From: an uncultured Clostridia bacterium | GTDB taxonomy: Bacteria > Bacillota > Clostridia > TANB77 > CAG-508 | Direction of reading: 5' to 3' | NCBI GenBank assembly: GCA_934130085.1 | Contig: CAKOXK010000002.1 | Coordinates: forward strand, 4,613-68,612 | DNA length: 64,000 nt | Part shown: one piece after another, positions 32,894 through 43,468 of the stretch | How the letters are laid out: each line of letters begins with the position of its first letter | How positions within the stretch are numbered: the stretch's first letter is position 1 | Program-made: the position numbers and the translations under genes | Notes under the pieces: model-generated | The model's input: the letters and a program-made list of their open reading frames with translations, nothing else | Told to the model about the DNA's origin: nothing | Database searches by the model: none

Positions 32894-34369
32894 CTATAAT
32901 CTTTCAAAAATTCTTGTTCTCTTTGATTTTCTTATTTCAATATTCGAACCCTCTGGCAATATTACATTGTATCTTTTCTCTAACATATCCGTATCAAATA
33001 ATTCTACATTTATTCTGTTCTCTTCTGCTGAGAGCTTAATGTATAGATTTTCAAGTGATACTACTTGTGATGTAAATATTCCTCTTAAAAGTCTATAATC
33101 TAAAGAATCATTATTAGATACTGGGGCAATTACATGACATTTAATTGCCTTAGGTATTGCTTTTTCTTCTAATTCATATAAATTCATTTTGCAATTTGGT
33201 ACATAATTTAAATACCTTAATTCATATATAATGTCAAGCATTGCTCTTTTATCTGTAACATTTTCTATCTTTTTTTCGAACATCTTTATGAATTCTTTTT
33301 GTAATTTTGATATATCAGTTTTTTCTTCATAAAATTTTATTTCATATTGAAGTCTGTCTTTTTCTTTTACATACTCATTTGGATTTAACATTCGGTTTAA
33401 TTTTTCAATTTCACTCAAAATGCCTACCCTTTGTTTTTGTACTAATTCTTCATAATGACTTACACTAAACACCTTTTTTTCATCAGGAAGCTTGCTATTA
33501 TATTCCATGTATTCTTTTTTTAGAAGTTGCTGATTACTCAAAGTTTCGTCTATTCTCTTAATCTGTGTAAGTAAATTTCTTTTATTTTCAGCAATTTCAA
33601 TAACATATTCAGATTGATGCTTCATCTTTTCAAATAATTTTTTATCATCTGACAATTTCTTTAGTATTTCTTCATTTTTTGTTTTATCATAAGACATATA
33701 AAATTGCACTGCCACTCTTTTTAGTTCTTCAAAAAATTCACTCGAAACATTATTTTTAATTTCTTCAACTGTTATGTTATCAACAAACTCGTATCCTAAT
33801 AAGTATGATAAGAATATATAGATTATGTTGCATTCTGTGCTTTCAATCTCATGTCCTTCAATTGACCATGTCCAGCCATTAAAATCTCTAATTACTTCTG
33901 ATTTTGAAATGCATTTTCCAATATTTACTGCCGTTATTATTGCCTGCTCTTCAATTGAATATGTACTTTTCAACGGTTGAATTGCTGCTTTTGAAATTCC
34001 ATATAATAATGTTTTTTCATTTGGATAAGAAATAACATTTTTTTGCATTTCGTTTTTCGCACTCTCCATCATTATTTTGCATTTATTTTCCTTGAGTTCT
34101 TTTTCTAATTCTGATTTTGGAGTTGCAATCATTATATTCTTACAATTACATTCTACTTCTCTTGTTAGTTCATCAAAAAACTCTTCTCTTGACGGAACTT
34201 GCCTTTTTACAATTTCATAATTATCGTAACTATCATCAATTCTGTAACACATTCCTAATAAAAGATTTTCTGATTCTTGAGAAAAGTTCTTTGTTTCTGC
34301 AATATTAGCAAGTTCTTCTTTATAATCTTTTGATAAAAACTTTCTTTTCAAAGCTTTCTCCTTTTTCAT
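32894..34369 (-). CDS. hypothetical coiled-coil protein, in operon with ftsK (4-nt gap)
   Basis: 491-aa ORF; no recognised family. Confidence 0.5.
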   Translation of the reverse strand: MKKEKALKRKFLSKDYKEELANIAETKNFSQESENLLLGMCYRIDDSYDNYEIVKRQVPSREEFFDELTREVECNCKNIMIATPKSELEKELKENKCKIMMESAKNEMQKNVISYPNEKTLLYGISKAAIQPLKSTYSIEEQAIITAVNIGKCISKSEVIRDFNGWTWSIEGHEIESTECNIIYIFLSYLLGYEFVDNITVEEIKNNVSSEFFEELKRVAVQFYMSYDKTKNEEILKKLSDDKKLFEKMKHQSEYVIEIAENKRNLLTQIKRIDETLSNQQLLKKEYMEYNSKLPDEKKVFSVSHYEELVQKQRVGILSEIEKLNRMLNPNEYVKEKDRLQYEIKFYEEKTDISKLQKEFIKMFEKKIENVTDKRAMLDIIYELRYLNYVPNCKMNLYELEEKAIPKAIKCHVIAPVSNNDSLDYRLLRGIFTSQVVSLENLYIKLSAEENRINVELFDTDMLEKRYNVILPEGSNIEIRKSKRTRIFERL

Positions 34370-34372
34370 AAT

Positions 34373-36940
34373 TTATGATTCAGATTGTTCGTTCTCTTCT
34401 TCATTCAAATCTTGATTAACATTTTCGGCATTCATTCTTTGAGATTTTGGCATTGTTTTTAATTCTTGCCATCTTTGCTTTGGCATTAATACCTCTCTTG
34501 GTTTGCTTCCTTGGTAACCGGAAATTATGCCTCTTTCTTCCATTTGATCTATTATTCTTCCTGCTCTTGCATAACCAACCTTAAATCTACGTTGAATAAA
34601 TGATGTAGATGCTTGCTGAGTTTCAACAACGAGATCAATTGCCTCTTCAATCAATGGATCCTCTTGATTATCATCATCATCTGCATTTTGAGAAACTTGT
34701 TCAGGTTCTGTTGACTTATCAATTTTCTCCATTATATTTGTATCATATATCATATCTCCATCTTTTCTAATAAATTTAACTATATTTTCAACTTCTTTAT
34801 CAGAAACAAACGCACCTTGAATTCTTGTAGGCTTTGGTGCTCCGGATGGATAGAATAACATATCACCTTTTCCTAAAAGCTTTTCAGCTCCAGCTCCATC
34901 TAATATTGTTCGTGAATCAACTTGTGATGAAACTGCAAATGCAATTCTTGAAGGAATATTTGCCTTAATTATACCTGTAATTACATCTACAGATGGTCTT
35001 TGTGTTGCAATTACTAAGTGCATTCCAGCAGCTCTTGCCATTTGAGCAAGTCTACAAATTGCATCTTCAACTTCTTTTGCTGCAACCATCATTAAATCAG
35101 CAAGCTCATCTATAATTATTACAATCTGTGGTAGCTTAAGCTCTCCCTCTTTTTCAGCAAGCTCATTATATCCTTTAATATCTCTTACTTTTTTATTCGC
35201 AAATAAGCTGTATCTGTTAACCATTTCCTGAACAGCCCATTGTAAAGCCCCTGCTGCTTTTTTTGGATCAGTTACAACTGGAATTAGCAAATGAGGAATA
35301 CCATTATAGACTGATAGTTCAACAACCTTAGGGTCTATCATAAGCAATTTAACCTCACTAGGTTTTGCTTTGTAGATTATACTTGTAATCATTGTATTGA
35401 TACAAACTGATTTACCAGAACCAGTACTACCTGCAATTAAAAGATGGGGCATTTTAGCAATATCTGTTGTAATACATTCACCTGCTACATCTTTTCCTAA
35501 TGCAAATGTAAGCTTTGATTTACCTTCTTTAAATGCATCTGATTCAATTATTTCGCGAAGTGAAACAATTGATTTTGATTTATTAGGAACCTCAATTCCA
35601 ACTGTATGTTTTCCTGGAATTGGAGCTTCAATTCTAATTGTTTCAGCCTCTAGGCTTAATGCAATATCATCAGATAAGTTAGCAATCTTGCTAACTCTTA
35701 CTCCCTCTGCTGGAGCAAGTTCGTATCTTGTAATAGCAGGTCCGACTGAGACATTTTCGACTTTAGCTGATACACCAAAACTGTACAAAGTTTTTCTTAA
35801 TTTTTCTGCTGTAGCAAGTAATGCTTTTCTGCTATTTCCTTCATTTTCATTCTCTGGAACTTGAAGCAACTCTATAGGAGGAAATTCGTAATGCTGTTCT
35901 TCTTCTTTCATCGCATGCTCAAGTTGTAAAACCTCTTGAGTTTTAGCTTCTTTTGCAACTTCTTTTCTAGCAAATAACCCATCATCACCTTGTTCTCTTG
36001 CATTTTCTTCTCTTGAAGTTTTTTTATTACCCATGTTGACATTAGTACTATTTGCATTACTCTGGCCTCCAATATTTTCATTAGTGCCATCTGTAATTTT
36101 ATAATCTTTTGCTTTTATTAGTCTATTTATACCTCTTGCATTTGAAAAATTAGGAACATCTAAGCCATCATTTGCATGGTCATACCTTGGAGAATCTTGC
36201 AAATTAATCGTAATCTGCTCATCAAGATTTTGTTCTTCTTTTTTAGCATTCTTTGCTCTTTCTCTTTCCTCTTTTTCTCTTAATCTTCTCTCACGAGCAG
36301 TTTCTTTAGGTTCTACTTCTATATCTTGAGATACTGCATTTTTTTGAATAACACTTCTTCGATCTTTCTTTAACTTAGCTCTAGCATTTTTTCTCTCCTC
36401 CATTTTATCAAGAGAGTTAGAAATTGCCTCCTCTGGATGAAGTCCTAAAATGAATACAGCAAGAATAATTGAAACTCCAACGCACGTTATAATAGTAGCT
36501 GAAAGTCCAATAACCTTATAAAGCATACCTGCTATAGCTGTTCCTAAAACTCCTCCTCCCATATCTCTTGAACCTAGATCATAAGCTCTAGAAAGAAGTT
36601 CTTCTTTTGTAACATTTGGATTTATATCTCCAGTTGAAATCCTGTAGCAGGAAAATGTTGCATCAATCAAAATCAAAATTATTACAAACATAACTATTTT
36701 TTTGGGATAGTATTTTGTATCTTTTTCATGCGCAGTATATAGAGCCATGAAGAACAAACCTATTGGAATAAAATACTTTATAAAACCAAGTACTCCTCCA
36801 AGTGCCAAACTTAGTGCATTGCCCCATGAACCCTCTTTAAAATAAATTAACACAGCTGAAACAATAGAAATCACTATTAAAGTTGTTACTGTTATATTTA
36901 AATTTTTTATTTCTTGCTTCTTTCTTCTACCCCTTGGCAT
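34373..36940 (-). CDS. ftsK: DNA translocase FtsK/SpoIIIE
   Basis: N-terminal TM helices, a Walker A motor domain ([10 protein letters not shown]) and a C-terminal gamma winged-helix domain. Confidence 0.9.
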   Translation of the reverse strand: MPRGRRKKQEIKNLNITVTTLIVISIVSAVLIYFKEGSWGNALSLALGGVLGFIKYFIPIGLFFMALYTAHEKDTKYYPKKIVMFVIILILIDATFSCYRISTGDINPNVTKEELLSRAYDLGSRDMGGGVLGTAIAGMLYKVIGLSATIITCVGVSIILAVFILGLHPEEAISNSLDKMEERKNARAKLKKDRRSVIQKNAVSQDIEVEPKETARERRLREKEERERAKNAKKEEQNLDEQITINLQDSPRYDHANDGLDVPNFSNARGINRLIKAKDYKITDGTNENIGGQSNANSTNVNMGNKKTSREENAREQGDDGLFARKEVAKEAKTQEVLQLEHAMKEEEQHYEFPPIELLQVPENENEGNSRKALLATAEKLRKTLYSFGVSAKVENVSVGPAITRYELAPAEGVRVSKIANLSDDIALSLEAETIRIEAPIPGKHTVGIEVPNKSKSIVSLREIIESDAFKEGKSKLTFALGKDVAGECITTDIAKMPHLLIAGSTGSGKSVCINTMITSIIYKAKPSEVKLLMIDPKVVELSVYNGIPHLLIPVVTDPKKAAGALQWAVQEMVNRYSLFANKKVRDIKGYNELAEKEGELKLPQIVIIIDELADLMMVAAKEVEDAICRLAQMARAAGMHLVIATQRPSVDVITGIIKANIPSRIAFAVSSQVDSRTILDGAGAEKLLGKGDMLFYPSGAPKPTRIQGAFVSDKEVENIVKFIRKDGDMIYDTNIMEKIDKSTEPEQVSQNADDDDNQEDPLIEEAIDLVVETQQASTSFIQRRFKVGYARAGRIIDQMEERGIISGYQGSKPREVLMPKQRWQELKTMPKSQRMNAENVNQDLNEEENEQSES

Positions 36941-37172
36941 GAAAAACCTCCTAAACTTTTGTGTATGTACAATTGTTTGTATTATATATTAAGTTCATTG
37001 TAAAATCAATTAAAAAATGATATCTTTATCTATTTTTTAATATATACCTTTATTTGAAAAATTTATATTAAATTTTAATGACAAATTTTTGTTTTAAACT
37101 CTTATTTTCAAGCCACTATTCTGTTTATTTATCCTAGTCATTTGATTTATTTTATTCTCGTATTTTTAGCTT

Positions 37173-39023
37173 TTATTTTAAATGTAAAATAACTCCCGCA
37201 TTTAAATTTTGAATTAGTTCTTCGTTTTTTAAGCCTAATGATTCCTTTACTTCTTTTATAATCGCTTCTCTGTCGTAACCCTCATTGCAAATTAATAAAA
37301 TACCGTTTTCAATATCCTTACCATCGAATACTTTTTTAATATTTTCTTCATTTGCATTTCTAAGTCTCATTATGTATGAATTATCAATTTTAGTAAATAA
37401 GTAAATATCATCTAAAAATCTATTATTATTCTCATTAAAAACATATAGAGCTGGTACATCAGATATTTCTTCTACCCTTTCAGCAACATTATTCATTCTT
37501 TTAAAAGTAAAATCTAATTGCTTGCCTGTAAAAATTGGAGAAATAGTTGTAAACGTAAATATTAAAACTAATGCAATACTTGATACTGTACTAGGATTTA
37601 TAGAATTTCTTTTTTTGTGATTAATATTTGTATGGCTATCACGACTGCAATTCTCTGCTACCTTTTCCAAAACAAAGTTTGTGATATATATAATAAAAAT
37701 CATGGTAACAGAAATTATAGGCATCATGTATCTAAGTTCTTTGTATGGTGTAATTTTAGCAACTAATACAAAATACACGATCATAGGAAATAAAATTAAC
37801 TTTATTAATTTATTTACCTTCACACTAAAGTCAACAGTATCAATATTAGTATTAATATTAGTATTAGTCTTTGTGTTCATGTTTGTATTTATATTAATGT
37901 TATTTTTGTAATTTTTACTTTTCTGTCTAATAATTGCTAATAAGCTTATAATTGAAATTGCAATTTCTATCTTGCCAAATAAATTCTTTCCTAAAATTCC
38001 AAGATAGATTATAATATCTTTTCCCAAGGCTTTAAAATCAATAAAATTGCCTGTTGCTCCTACTCCTCTGTATCCATTAAAAATATGATTTATTGAATAC
38101 GGAAAAATAGCAAGTGATATTCCCGCAGCAACTACAAAAGTAGAAATATATTTTATAAGATTTTTGTATTCCTTATTTTTTATATATTTTATAACGAAAA
38201 TTATGAAAAGCACTCCAATATAAATCAACGTGTAATAATGAGTTAATGAGCTTAAAACCGTAGCTATAAGTACGGTGATTAAATCTTTAAACTCTAGCTC
38301 TTTTTTCTCATACAAGTTCATGTGAATATATGTTGAAATAAGCACAAACAAATTTGCAAGTTCATACATTCTTATATATGCACTCGTATCTAATGCCCCT
38401 AAGCAAAGTCCTGTAAAAAGCAATGTTAAAAGTGCTTTTTTATTATCTTTAAATAGCTTCTTTGCAATTAAAAATATAAAAACACTCGAAAAAGCATAAA
38501 TAATCATATTTAAAATAAGTCCAGACCATTTTGAAAAATTCCCCACAGTAAATAGGGATGCAATTCTAAGTAGCAAGTAAAATAATGGTGGATGAACATC
38601 ATTTTTTTGATTTTCATAAACTGGTTTAAAATTTGAGACTTCATCATTCCCAATTTCGAAATAATCTTTATAATAATCTTTTGAATGCCATGTATCATAA
38701 AAATCAGAATTATTGGTTATTTCTATTTTATTATAATTCATTAAGCCATAAGAATAAGCTTCATCCATGTGAAAATATTCTTTTCTATAGCCAACAAATA
38801 CTCTCACTGCAATTTGCAGTAAAACAATTACAATAAATAAAATTACAGTTAATCTCTTGCTAAAATCTTTTGTAGAAATGCTTTTTATATTTGTTCTATG
38901 TTTTGCATTAGAATCTTGCATGCTAAATTCCTTGTTATTAAAACTTTTTCTATTTTGCCTTCTATTATAAGGTTCTTTTTCTTCCAAAATATTGTTACTA
39001 GATGTTTCTTTGTTCATATACAT
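37173..39023 (-). CDS. GT-C-fold membrane glycosyltransferase-like protein (ArnT/PMT-like), putative
   Basis: 616 aa with more than 10 predicted TM helices and HMDEAYSYG in the first loop; internal NINTN low-complexity segment. Confidence 0.4.
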   Translation of the reverse strand: MYMNKETSSNNILEEKEPYNRRQNRKSFNNKEFSMQDSNAKHRTNIKSISTKDFSKRLTVILFIVIVLLQIAVRVFVGYRKEYFHMDEAYSYGLMNYNKIEITNNSDFYDTWHSKDYYKDYFEIGNDEVSNFKPVYENQKNDVHPPLFYLLLRIASLFTVGNFSKWSGLILNMIIYAFSSVFIFLIAKKLFKDNKKALLTLLFTGLCLGALDTSAYIRMYELANLFVLISTYIHMNLYEKKELEFKDLITVLIATVLSSLTHYYTLIYIGVLFIIFVIKYIKNKEYKNLIKYISTFVVAAGISLAIFPYSINHIFNGYRGVGATGNFIDFKALGKDIIIYLGILGKNLFGKIEIAISIISLLAIIRQKSKNYKNNININTNMNTKTNTNINTNIDTVDFSVKVNKLIKLILFPMIVYFVLVAKITPYKELRYMMPIISVTMIFIIYITNFVLEKVAENCSRDSHTNINHKKRNSINPSTVSSIALVLIFTFTTISPIFTGKQLDFTFKRMNNVAERVEEISDVPALYVFNENNNRFLDDIYLFTKIDNSYIMRLRNANEENIKKVFDGKDIENGILLICNEGYDREAIIKEVKESLGLKNEELIQNLNAGVILHLK

Positions 39024-39045
39024 ATATCCTTTTCATTTATATATT

Positions 39046-39125
39046 CTTTTATTTATCTGCTTTTTATTTATACGTTTTTTATTTGTCCGTTTCTTATTTG
39101 TATGTTTTTTATTTGTGTTTTTTAG
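39046..39125. repeat. degenerate 14-15-bp tandem repeat (TTTTTATTTGTNCG-like, about 5 units) just upstream of the GT-C gene
   Basis: Visible by direct inspection. Confidence 0.6.
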
Positions 39126-39425
39126 TTAACTTCGTCTTTATTTTTTCTATTTTCATGTAAGAATTTTACAATATTTTTATCTAAAAGTCTATACATTTTA
39201 TAAATCGTATCTTTTTTTACTTAAAAAAAATACATTGTTTTTTTCTTTACATTTTACAAAACATTGAAAAACAATATAATATTAAGTCTTTTCTGTTAAT
39301 GAAATATTTATCATTTTTACCATTGTGTAGAAAAAGAAAGAACTAAATTGTTCTTTCTTCTTTAACTCTTATTATTACTTTCTTTGCATTTATTATCTCT
39401 TAACTTGTTAGCAATTTCTTGCATA

Positions 39426-41594
39426 CTAACCAGGCTCAGATATCTCATATTTGCTCATCCAGTAACCTGGTAACTCAACACCTGCAAAAGTAAATGCTTC
39501 AGGTACTTTATATATATGGTTTTCGTCTTCATGATTTGTAACATCCTTTGTTATAAAGTTAATGTCATATCCATTAGTACTTTTATCTATTTTATATTCA
39601 TATCTTGGTATCCACACCCAATATGCAATCTTGCCATTTGCTTTAGTTACAATGTTTGCCCATTTTCTTTGAGCATAATCATACCAATTTTGAGGTGCTG
39701 GTTGTGAAATTGGTATATCACTATGTTCTGTTCCATCATCATCCCAGTAAACATAATATGTGTTTTCTTTATCAAGATTATCTAAATTAACTTGTATTTT
39801 CTTTGATGATACGTTCTTTCTTCCTAACGGTATATTATCTTTCATTACACAAACATCATGATCTTTTGTTGAATCTATTCCAGTTATATTGCATGGCAAA
39901 ACGCCTGTAAATTTAAGATCTCCATCAATATATACTCTGTAGTCTTTTCCCTCTTCTTGGTTGTTTACTGAAACCGTTAGATTATTGTTGCAATCATAGC
40001 CTGTTGCGATTTCTTCTGCAGTATCTTTGGTCTCTGATATTTCATATTTGCTTATCCAATAACCTGATAATTCAACTCCCTTAAACGTAAATGCATCTGG
40101 TACTTTGTATATACTATTCTGACTGTTGCTATTAGTGAAATTTTTTGATACAAGTTCTAGACTTAGCCCTTCTTTTTGTGATGGCTCCATTTTATATCTA
40201 TAACGAGGAATCCATACCCAGAAAGTTACCATATTATTGGTCACAGTTACTATATTAGCATATTGTTTTTTACCATAGTTATACCAATTATCTGGAGCAG
40301 GACCTTTATCAATTCTGTTACCAATTTGCATATTTTCACCGTTCTCATCAAATGTTACATAATATGTGGCTTCTGGAGCCAAATTGCTTAAATCAACTAT
40401 CACCTTTTTTGTTGTAACCTGATTTCGTGCTATTATCTTACCATTTTTGGTTACACATATATCATATTTCTTATTTTCCTTTAGTCCGGTAATATCATGT
40501 GGTAAGCTCCCTTTATAATTTTCTATTCCATCTAGATAAACAGTGTAGTCTCCATTCTCCGTGTCATCACAATTTACAGTTATAAAATTAATATCAGTTC
40601 CAAGAGCTAATTGTGGTGAACCATTTTCGCAAACCTCATATTTGCTCATCCAGTAGCCTGCTAATTCCTGATTTGCAAATGTGAATGCTTCTGGTACTTG
40701 ATAATTTGAAGCAAGGCTTTCTGTTGTTCCATCTTCTTTTTTATATTCATTGGTTGTACTTATAAATCTTGCATCTACAGTTTGATCCGACTTAGTTATG
40801 TATGAATACCTTGGTATCCATACCCAATATGCAACCTGATTTCCTGTTACCGTTACTATATTTGCATACTTTTTCTGACTGCTACTATAATCATACCAAT
40901 CTGCTGGAGTATCTACCCTATCAATTCTGCCTGCTATACTTTGATTTCCGTTCTCATCATACGTTACATAGTATGTAGATGTAGGTTCCATATTTGATAA
41001 ATCTGGGGTTTGCATGAATACATCTCCAACTTTTTTGTAAGTTGTGCTTTCTGGAGTTTTATCACCTATATCTGTTTTTCCTCCATCATCTGAATCTTGT
41101 CCTTTGTTATCATCATCCTTACTGTCATCGCCACCATTTTTATCAACAAAATCTTGCCAGCTGTCATAGCTCCACACTGGAATATTTGCTTCAAAACACC
41201 ATTTAACACGTTTTTTATTGTTTGTATAAAAATAATATGTCTTGTTATTTTGAATGATTACTTCCTTTTCATAGTCGCTTTTTATTTCAGGTATAATCTT
41301 TTTTATTTTATCTTGCCCTACTAATCCAACACTTATTGTAAAATCAGGATTTTCAATTTGCTCCCCAGAAACATACATAGTTGCCTCTTCCATATATTTT
41401 TTCATCTGACTTACAAAAGCTGTTTTCTTGGTTCTTTCCAGTAAACCATTTTCACTAAAAACAGTAGCTATTGCAACGCCTGCAATAATTAGTAAAACTA
41501 TAATTGTAACTACAAGTGCTATTAAAGTTATACCATGGTTTTCCAAGCTGTTATTTTTATGTTTTAATTCAGGCTTTAACTTTTGTTTTTGCAT
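39426..41594 (-). CDS. type IV pilin-like (prepilin-type N-terminus) surface protein with three tandem ~200-aa repeat units; start overlaps the 3' end of the DGR RT gene
   Basis: N-terminus ...ENHGITLIALVVTIIVLLIIAGVAIA. The three repeats each end in GYWMSKYE(V/I) and contain WVWIPRY. The repeats are also visible at the DNA level (about 600-bp period). Confidence 0.6.
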   Translation of the reverse strand: MQKQKLKPELKHKNNSLENHGITLIALVVTIIVLLIIAGVAIATVFSENGLLERTKKTAFVSQMKKYMEEATMYVSGEQIENPDFTISVGLVGQDKIKKIIPEIKSDYEKEVIIQNNKTYYFYTNNKKRVKWCFEANIPVWSYDSWQDFVDKNGGDDSKDDDNKGQDSDDGGKTDIGDKTPESTTYKKVGDVFMQTPDLSNMEPTSTYYVTYDENGNQSIAGRIDRVDTPADWYDYSSSQKKYANIVTVTGNQVAYWVWIPRYSYITKSDQTVDARFISTTNEYKKEDGTTESLASNYQVPEAFTFANQELAGYWMSKYEVCENGSPQLALGTDINFITVNCDDTENGDYTVYLDGIENYKGSLPHDITGLKENKKYDICVTKNGKIIARNQVTTKKVIVDLSNLAPEATYYVTFDENGENMQIGNRIDKGPAPDNWYNYGKKQYANIVTVTNNMVTFWVWIPRYRYKMEPSQKEGLSLELVSKNFTNSNSQNSIYKVPDAFTFKGVELSGYWISKYEISETKDTAEEIATGYDCNNNLTVSVNNQEEGKDYRVYIDGDLKFTGVLPCNITGIDSTKDHDVCVMKDNIPLGRKNVSSKKIQVNLDNLDKENTYYVYWDDDGTEHSDIPISQPAPQNWYDYAQRKWANIVTKANGKIAYWVWIPRYEYKIDKSTNGYDINFITKDVTNHEDENHIYKVPEAFTFAGVELPGYWMSKYEISEPG

Positions 41595-42655
41595 TTTCCC
41601 TCCCCGTCTAATGGTTCTTCCTTATTTTCTCTATATATCCATTCACATTTGTCTATTACATTATCTATCAATTTTCTTGAGCTTGCATGAGAAGCATGAC
41701 CTATCCATGCATTTAAGCTTGCACTAACTTTAGTAATATTAAAATCTTTGTTTTTAAATTTTTGATTCCATTTTTTTATTTTTCTATAAATCTTTTTCTT
41801 ATTGCCTTTTAAAATTTTAATATGATTATCTTTTATTTTATATCCACAAAACTTCACACCTTGAGTATTTTTAAAATAATTAGTTTTTTCATTTAGTTCG
41901 AGTTCTAAGTTTTCTTTTAAATAATGTTCTAACTTATTTTTTACATCTTTGCATTCTTCTTTGTTATTCAATAATAATATAAAGTCATCCATGTACCTTA
42001 TATAGTACTTTACTTTTAACTTTTCCTTTACGTAGTGATCAAGCTGATTTAAATAGATATTTGCAAAAAATTGTGAAGTATAATTGCCTATTGGAATGCC
42101 CTTTTTGCTAGTAGTTCTTTGGTAAATGATATTTTTTGTAAATTTTAATAATTTCTTATCTTTTATATATCTTGATAAAATATTGTATAAAATTGATTTA
42201 TCTATGCTGTAGAAAAATTTTCTTATGTCGCATTTTAAAATGTAATAATCTTTATTTTTGTTATACATCTTTTTCATGTAATTTAATAATTGAATTATTG
42301 CTTTATGCACTCCTCTTCCTTCTATGCAAGCATAAGTATCACTTATAAACTTCGGAAGAAAAATTGGCTTTATAAATTCTTCTACATACCATTGATGCAT
42401 TACTCTATCTCTAAATGGTAGTGCCCAAATTATTCTCTCTTTTGGTTCATAGATTTTAAATTTTCTATAGCTTCCAATTACATATCTATCTTTGTAAATA
42501 TCTAATAGCATACTAGTAATGTTAGTTGCTAAGTTCATTTTGAATAAAACTACTTCTTTGTTTTCATGTTTTTCTTTTGAAGCTCTCTTATATGCTTTTA
42601 ACATTTTATCAAATTTAATCTTTTCTTCAAAAATATTACCTATCCTCTTTGGCAA
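41576..42655 (-). CDS. diversity-generating retroelement reverse transcriptase
   Basis: RT motifs including IPIGNYTSQFFANIYLNQLD (the DGR-specific IGxxxSQ) and RYMDDFILL (YMDD). No maturase or endonuclease domains. Adjacent avd and TR/VR. Confidence 0.88.
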   Translation of the reverse strand: MPKRIGNIFEEKIKFDKMLKAYKRASKEKHENKEVVLFKMNLATNITSMLLDIYKDRYVIGSYRKFKIYEPKERIIWALPFRDRVMHQWYVEEFIKPIFLPKFISDTYACIEGRGVHKAIIQLLNYMKKMYNKNKDYYILKCDIRKFFYSIDKSILYNILSRYIKDKKLLKFTKNIIYQRTTSKKGIPIGNYTSQFFANIYLNQLDHYVKEKLKVKYYIRYMDDFILLLNNKEECKDVKNKLEHYLKENLELELNEKTNYFKNTQGVKFCGYKIKDNHIKILKGNKKKIYRKIKKWNQKFKNKDFNITKVSASLNAWIGHASHASSRKLIDNVIDKCEWIYRENKEEPLDGEGKCKNKS

Positions 42656-42999
42656 CTTTTTATCCAGCCTCCTACCATCTTTCCTATTTCTTCAATTTGT
42701 GCATTCCAGTTCATATAGTTTTTATTTGTTATATATTTATATTCGTATGAAAGTCTAACCATTGTTTTTATTACATAGAGTTCTATATCAATTTCATTCA
42801 AGTATCTTACCTTTCTTTCTATGTCTGCTTCTTTCCAAGCCCAGATTACCTTTCTTAAAATATTATATAGTTCGTTTTTTATATCTGTACATAAATCGAA
42901 CCTTTCACTTTTAGGAAACTTTTGTAATAAGTTTTTTGAATAAAATATTAAATTGTTTATTTTTTCATAAATTATTAATCTATTATCTTTTTTAGGCAT
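42640..42999 (-). CDS. avd: accessory variability determinant (Avd, four-helix-bundle protein)
   Basis: 119 aa, basic and helical; resembles the Avd family. A 16-nt overlap with the RT gene implies translational coupling. Confidence 0.7.
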   Translation of the reverse strand: MPKKDNRLIIYEKINNLIFYSKNLLQKFPKSERFDLCTDIKNELYNILRKVIWAWKEADIERKVRYLNEIDIELYVIKTMVRLSYEYKYITNKNYMNWNAQIEEIGKMVGGWIKSCQRG

Positions 43000-43150
43000 T
43001 TAAAATTTTGAAACATCTCGCTTTCGTTTTTATTACTTGTAATTTGTTTCTTTAATGTTTTACCTGTTAAGGAAGGTGCTATACTTCTTTTGTACTTGTA
43101 CTTTTAGTCGAAAGGTTCCATGAAACCTTCCCCTCTTAAATTTATACAAG

Positions 43151-43290
43151 AGTCCCGAGCCAACACACAACACCGCACGAGACGAATTGTTACTGTTACT
43201 ATTACCATTGTTGTTATTATAGCCAAAGAGCGCATTGTTGCTACGTTTGAATACAGGGTTGCCAGAAGTAACAAAATTAGCGTTGGACGA
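43151..43290 (-). other. DGR template repeat (TR), 140 bp, intergenic between the target gene and avd
   Basis: 128/140 identity to 43473-43612. All 12 mismatches are at TR adenines on the coding (minus) strand. The TR is Asn-codon (AAC/AAT) rich in the target frame. Confidence 0.9.
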
Positions 43291-43468
43291 CAGTATAGTA
43301 CCTATGTTTTTAATTTATATTTTTTGAATATTTTATTAATATTATTTTTTGTTTTTTGTTTGTCTATTTTATGTATTTCAATTTATTCTTTATTATTATT
43401 TGTTTTTTTCATTTGTACTTTCGCAATTTATATTTTTTCGTCAATTGTTTTAAGTTCAAAGGGCAGAC

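Noticed and set aside
41576-42655. Interpretation of the RT as a group II intron or retron RT
   Set aside because: It lacks intron maturase (X) and endonuclease domains and has YMDD rather than YADD. It carries the DGR-specific IGxxxSQ motif and sits next to avd and a TR/VR pair. No intron RNA domains V/VI are evident.
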